A stretch of DNA of 10,062 nucleotides from an uncultured Pseudomonadota bacterium (GTDB lineage: Bacteria; SAR324; NAC60-12): assembly GCA_913020725.1 (NCBI GenBank), contig CAJWCD010000125.1, forward strand, positions 1-10,062. The letters are read 5' to 3'. The notes beneath the pieces were generated by a model, which ran no database searches, was not told the DNA's origin, and saw only the letters and a list, made by a program, of their open reading frames with translations. Position 1 is the first letter of the stretch; each line of letters opens with the position of its first letter. Position numbers and translations under genes: made by a program. This document shows, one piece after another, positions 6,855-10,062 of this stretch.

Positions 6855-7930
6855 GCGACTTCACCTTCAGTTTCGACGCCGCCGAAGCTGCCGACCCCCG
6901 ACACTCCGGAGCCAAGGTCGCCCGGCTCGCCCAACTTGCCGCATCTGGACACGCGGTGCCCAAGGGCTTCGTCGTGACCACGGCAGCGTTCTCCGCCTTC
7001 ATCGAGGAAAGTCCAGTCGGGCGCGAAATCGGGGGAACCATCCGTATCGCTGAATCTGCAAATTCGGAGCAGACCCTCCGGGAAGCCGCCACCGCCATTG
7101 CCGCCTTGGGGGAAACCGTCACCCTTCCGGATGCCATCGCCGCCGCCCTCCGTCACGGTTACGAACAGCTTTGCCTTGCCGAACGGCGCGTGGACTTGCC
7201 CGTTGCGGTGCGCAGTTCGGCAACGGGGGAGGACGCGAAGGACGCGAGTTTCGCCGGACAGTACGAATCGCTGCTGGGGATGCGCAGTGTCGACGCGGTG
7301 GCGCAGGCGGTGGTGCAGTGCTGGCTTTCGCTCTTCAACGAACGGGCGCTGCTTTACCGACAGTGGGCCGGACTTTCGTTTGCAGACACGCCGATGGCGG
7401 TGGCTGTGATGACGCTGGTGGAAGCACGGGCGGCGGGGGTGGCGTTTTCGGAGCATCCCGTCAAGCGCACGTCCGATCGGGTGGTGATCGAGGGCACTTT
7501 TGGCTTTGGCGAAGCCCTTGTGCAGGGGATCGTGACTCCGGACCATGCCGAACTCGACAAGGCCGATTTGCGGATTTTAGATTACCAAATCGGCGAAAAA
7601 ACGCAGGTCTCAATCCTCGATGCGGCCTTGGGCAAGGTCGTTGAGCGTCCCATGCCGGACACGTTCCGGACGACCCGTGTGCTGGACGACGAGGAATTGC
7701 AGGCCCTCGCCCAAACCGTGCGGCAATTGGAGGAAGAGGCCGGACACGCGGTGGACGTGGAATGGGTGCTGCCCGTAGGACGGCAGCCCGGACAACCCGT
7801 CGCCGTGGTGCAGCTGCGTCCAATCACTGGCAAACCCGCCAACGAAGCGCCCAGCAAACCGACATGGAGTCCGGGACACTACGCCAGCAAGTACGGTGTG
7901 AGAAAACGTGCAGGCCGGAGTTCCGCATGA
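6851..7930 (+). CDS. PEP/pyruvate-binding (PPDK_N, ATP-grasp) domain protein; phenylphosphate synthase beta (PpsB)/CreI-like subunit
   Basis: GAKVARL, VPKGFVVTT, VAVRSSATGEDAKDASFAGQYES, AGVAFS, GFGEALVQGIVTPD, DVEW, QLRPIT. The GTG start overlaps the upstream stop (GTGA, 6851-6854). Confidence 0.92.
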   Translation: MSDFTFSFDAAEAADPRHSGAKVARLAQLAASGHAVPKGFVVTTAAFSAFIEESPVGREIGGTIRIAESANSEQTLREAATAIAALGETVTLPDAIAAALRHGYEQLCLAERRVDLPVAVRSSATGEDAKDASFAGQYESLLGMRSVDAVAQAVVQCWLSLFNERALLYRQWAGLSFADTPMAVAVMTLVEARAAGVAFSEHPVKRTSDRVVIEGTFGFGEALVQGIVTPDHAELDKADLRILDYQIGEKTQVSILDAALGKVVERPMPDTFRTTRVLDDEELQALAQTVRQLEEEAGHAVDVEWVLPVGRQPGQPVAVVQLRPITGKPANEAPSKPTWSPGHYASKYGVRKRAGRSSA

Positions 7931-8595
7931 CGGCGCAGGTGCTGTTGCTCGATTTTGGATCGGTGATCTCGAAGAGCCTCTTCGAGACGCTGGAGGACAT
8001 TGAAGCCACCTTTGGGCTGGAACCCGGAACCCTCGGCTGGTCCGGGCCGCTCGCAGGCCGCGATGATGCCTTGTGGCAGAGCATGCAGCGCGACGAAATC
8101 AGCGAGCGCGACTACTGGTATCGGCGGGCCGCCGAGCTTTCGGAACAGGTGGGCGAAACGCTGACCATCAAGGACATCATCCGCCGCAGCCGGGGCCAAG
8201 ACGTCAACTCGGTGATCCGCCCGGAAGCGGTTGCTGCCGTGCAAACCGCGAAAGCCGCTGGACGCACCACGGCGGTTTTCACCAACGAAATGCAGTTGTT
8301 TTATGGTGCCGATGTGATCGAGCAGTTGGATTTGCTCAACCACATGGACCACCTCTTTGACGCGACCACCACCAAAATCCTCAAGCCCGACCCCCGCGCC
8401 TACGAGATGGTTTGCGCGGGACTCGGCATCACGCCCAGCCAAATTGTCTTCGTGGATGACCAGTCCCGCAACATCACCGGAGCCAAAGCCAGCGGAATGC
8501 TGGCCGTCAAGTTCGACATCAACACCCCACGCGCCTGCTTCAACCAAGCCCTGACCTTGCTTGGAATTCCTACCCTTGATGAATCCGTAGCGTAA
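7927..8595 (+). CDS. HAD-IA family phosphatase (CreD-like candidate aryl-phosphate phosphohydrolase)
   Basis: ATGA overlap at 7927-7930. Motif I LLLDFGSVI, motif II FTNE, motif III KPDPRAY, motif IV VFVDDQSRNITGA..GM. Confidence 0.9.
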   Translation: MTAQVLLLDFGSVISKSLFETLEDIEATFGLEPGTLGWSGPLAGRDDALWQSMQRDEISERDYWYRRAAELSEQVGETLTIKDIIRRSRGQDVNSVIRPEAVAAVQTAKAAGRTTAVFTNEMQLFYGADVIEQLDLLNHMDHLFDATTTKILKPDPRAYEMVCAGLGITPSQIVFVDDQSRNITGAKASGMLAVKFDINTPRACFNQALTLLGIPTLDESVA

Positions 8596-8700
8596 CCCGT
8601 GAAAACAGGTACTCTGCTTAGAGGGCTGGTGAGCAGAACCAGCGTTGCCGTGTGTTCCCTGCGGATCGAGCATCCCATCAAAACCAGAGACTGTTGCTGA

Positions 8701-9288
8701 ATGCTGGCGTTTGCCTTGGCGGCTTTGTTGTTGCTGATCACCCCCGGACCCGGAGTGATGTCGTTGGCCGGAGTGGGCGCTGCGTTTGGGACGCGTCCTG
8801 GACTCGCCTACATGAGCGGCCTTTGTTTGGGTACAAATTTAGTGGCGGGGATGGTGGTGGCGGGTTATGCAGCGCTGCTGCTGGCGACCCCTTACATTCG
8901 CACGGTGCTGATGGCCTTGTCCTTTGGCTACTTGTTCTGGCTGGCGCTGAAGATTGCGTTTGCGGGGCGTAAACTGGCGTTCATTCAGGCCGACCGTCCT
9001 CCGGGTTTGGTCGGCGGCGTCATGCTCCAGATCATCAACCCCAAGGCGTATGTGGTCAACACTGCGCTCTTCACCGGATTTGCGTTTGCAAACTCCAGCC
9101 TGCTCGCTGAGACGGCATGGAAGTTCCTGATCCTCAATGCGATCTGGATTGTCATTCACCTCCTCTGGTTGTACGCCGGAATTACCCTCAACCGCTTCAA
9201 CCTTTCCGAACGAGCGCAATTCGCGATCAACTCCGGGATGGCTCTGGCGATGGTGGGCGTGGTGATCTTGGCGGCGCTGGTGTATTGA
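8701..9288 (+). CDS. LysE/RhtB family exporter
   Basis: 195 aa, highly hydrophobic. Contains ITPGPG...G..FG...G and GxxLQIINPKA family signatures. Confidence 0.92.
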   Translation: MLAFALAALLLLITPGPGVMSLAGVGAAFGTRPGLAYMSGLCLGTNLVAGMVVAGYAALLLATPYIRTVLMALSFGYLFWLALKIAFAGRKLAFIQADRPPGLVGGVMLQIINPKAYVVNTALFTGFAFANSSLLAETAWKFLILNAIWIVIHLLWLYAGITLNRFNLSERAQFAINSGMALAMVGVVILAALVY

Positions 9289-9289
9289 C

Positions 9290-9310
9290 GGAGTCAGGAG
9301 TCAGGAGTTG
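9290..9310 (+). repeat. Short heptamer tandem repeat (GGAGTCA)2 GGAGTTG
   Basis: Read directly, immediately after the LysE stop codon. Confidence 0.65.
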
Positions 9311-9320
9311 AGGGTGAGGT

Positions 9321-9390
9321 GTCATTCTGGGCGTAGCGAGCAGCCATGTTGAACTCAAACCACTCGCACTTGCGGCGCAGACCGGGAATC
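9321..9390. repeat. Degenerate REP-like palindromic element of the GTCATTC...GGAATC type
   Basis: Starts GTCATTCTGG and ends CCGGGAATC, with inner arms GCGAG (9336-9340) and CTCGC (9363-9367). Only one copy is visible in the window. Confidence 0.45.
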
Positions 9391-9493
9391 ATTGGAAGTT
9401 CACGGAACTAGGCTTCTGAATCGACCTGCTCGCGTGACCCGAACGATTGTGTTTGCTGGAACGCTTCTGCGATCTTGATTGTCGCAGGCCGGA

Positions 9494-9509
9494 ACCCGCC
9501 ACCCGCCAC
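9494..9509 (+). repeat. Short heptamer tandem repeat (ACCCGCC)2 AC
   Basis: Read directly, immediately upstream of the AAGGAG SD of the hicB remnant. Confidence 0.5.
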
Positions 9510-9522
9510 AAGGAGCGCATCC

Positions 9523-9698
9523 ATGACCCCGAATTGTTCGTTTCGCAGTGCCTCAATGCCAACATCTCCAGCTTTGGCGAGTCGCAGGAGGAAGCCCTGC
9601 ACAACCTGACCGAGGCGGTAGAACTCTATCTGGACGATGAGATGGGCAGGGAGAACTTTCGCTCCATCGGTCAGACCGTTGTTGGGGAAATGGCCTGA
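9523..9698 (+). pseudogene. hicB: HicB-family antitoxin, probably frameshifted or 5'-deleted
   Basis: ELFVSQCLNANISSFGESQEEALHNLTEAVELYLDDE is the HicB partial RNase H fold motif (S.G.T.EEA..NL.EA..LY). AAGGAG (9510-9515) and ATG (9523) are out of frame with this homology, which begins at GAA 9531. The N-terminus of track ORF 9447 is non-homologous. Confidence 0.72.
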
Positions 9699-9700
9699 CC

Positions 9701-9853
9701 GTGTCCAAACGGCTCTCGTCACGCGAAATCATCCGGGTTCTTCGCAAGCACGGGTTTGAACTCGTGAGCCAAAAAGGGAGCCACAAAAAATTCCGCAAAG
9801 AGTCCCACACGGCCATCGTTCCAGATCCACGCAAGCAAAACCCTAGTCGGTGA
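9701..9853 (+). pseudogene. hicA: HicA-family toxin (mRNA interferase), C-terminally truncated, 50 aa
   Basis: GTG 9701: MSKRLSSREIIRVLRKHGFELVSQKGSHKKFRKESHTAIVPDPRKQNPSR*. It has the GF...QKGSH motif and IVP but lacks the usual GTL..IL.QAGL terminal helices. Below the ORF-track size cut-off. Confidence 0.8.
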
Positions 9854-9914
9854 AATGCCTTGGCAGGGGTGGTTCTCCGTCTCTTAAGCTCAAATCCATC
9901 TTCAGACAGGTATT

Positions 9915-9950
9915 GTTCAAAGGGTTGTCCGGATACAACCCTTGATGAAC
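9915..9950. other. Inverted repeat / hairpin GTTCA-AAGGGTTGT-ccggat-ACAACCCTT-ga-TGAAC
   Basis: Perfect 9-bp inner stem plus 5-bp outer stem with a 2-nt bulge. Confidence 0.6.
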
Positions 9951-9969
9951 GCCCAGCGCCTCGGGGCCG

Positions 9970-10062
9970 TCAATGAACTGTTGGAAGTCCGAGTCCGATA
10001 CCGACTCTTTTGTCGTGTTTCTTGCCCTCGCAGGTGGTGCTGAGCCCCTTGATCTTCCGGGT
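9970..10062 (-). mobile_element. Probable degenerate IS5-family (DDE_Tnp_4-like) transposase fragment entering from the right edge
   Basis: Minus strand reads TRKIKGLSTTCEGKKHDKR, like the I..LS.T.EGK.HDK segment of ISL2/IS702-type transposases. A shifted frame then gives SDSDFQ, resembling the D.GFQG motif, at too short a distance, implying deletion and frameshift. Only about 30 codons are visible. Confidence 0.45.

Noticed and set aside
5130..7930. Calling the pair PEP synthase (ppsA), PPDK or rifampin phosphotransferase
   Set aside because: No pyruvate-binding barrel and no regulatory Thr. RPH is a single chain with the ATP-grasp domain first, whereas these are two genes in the opposite order.
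8620..8645. Small alternative hairpins between the HAD and LysE genes as a riboswitch or terminator
   Set aside because: Stems are only 6-8 bp, with no U-tract and no recognisable aptamer consensus.
5742..8673. Long minus-strand ORFs 5742..6716, 6377..7546 and 7879..8673
   Set aside because: Antisense shadows of well-supported plus-strand genes, with no family motifs.
9290..9510. CRISPR array or integron attC site
   Set aside because: No repeat-spacer periodicity and no convincing RYYYAAC...GTTRRRY paired structure.

Overview
GC-rich bacterial chromosomal window. Left part: a YejA-like ABC peptide-binding protein (minus strand, runs off the left edge, absent from the ORF track), then on the plus strand a FmdB-family zinc-ribbon protein and the nucleotide monophosphate nucleosidase ppnN. 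These converge on a minus-strand pair, a divergent sirtuin and a DUF3192-like lipoprotein. Middle: a translationally coupled three-gene unit encoding a split PEP-synthase-like dikinase (PpsA/CreH-like phospho-His subunit, PpsB/CreI-like ATP-grasp subunit) and a HAD phosphatase, followed by a LysE/RhtB exporter. Right end: a decayed accessory patch with heptamer repeats, a REP-like palindrome, a broken hicB-hicA pair, a hairpin and a probable transposase remnant. Most notable: (1) a UGA followed by a SECIS-like hairpin with E. coli fdhF-like spacing, suggesting the zinc-ribbon protein is a selenoprotein; (2) the dikinase/phosphatase/exporter module without the usual downstream catabolic genes; (3) a zinc-less sirtuin with a reciprocal Ser/Asp swap in its nicotinamide pocket; (4) a PpnN apparently lacking the ppGpp-binding arginines. 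All family assignments come from motif recognition and recalled reference sequences, not database searches.
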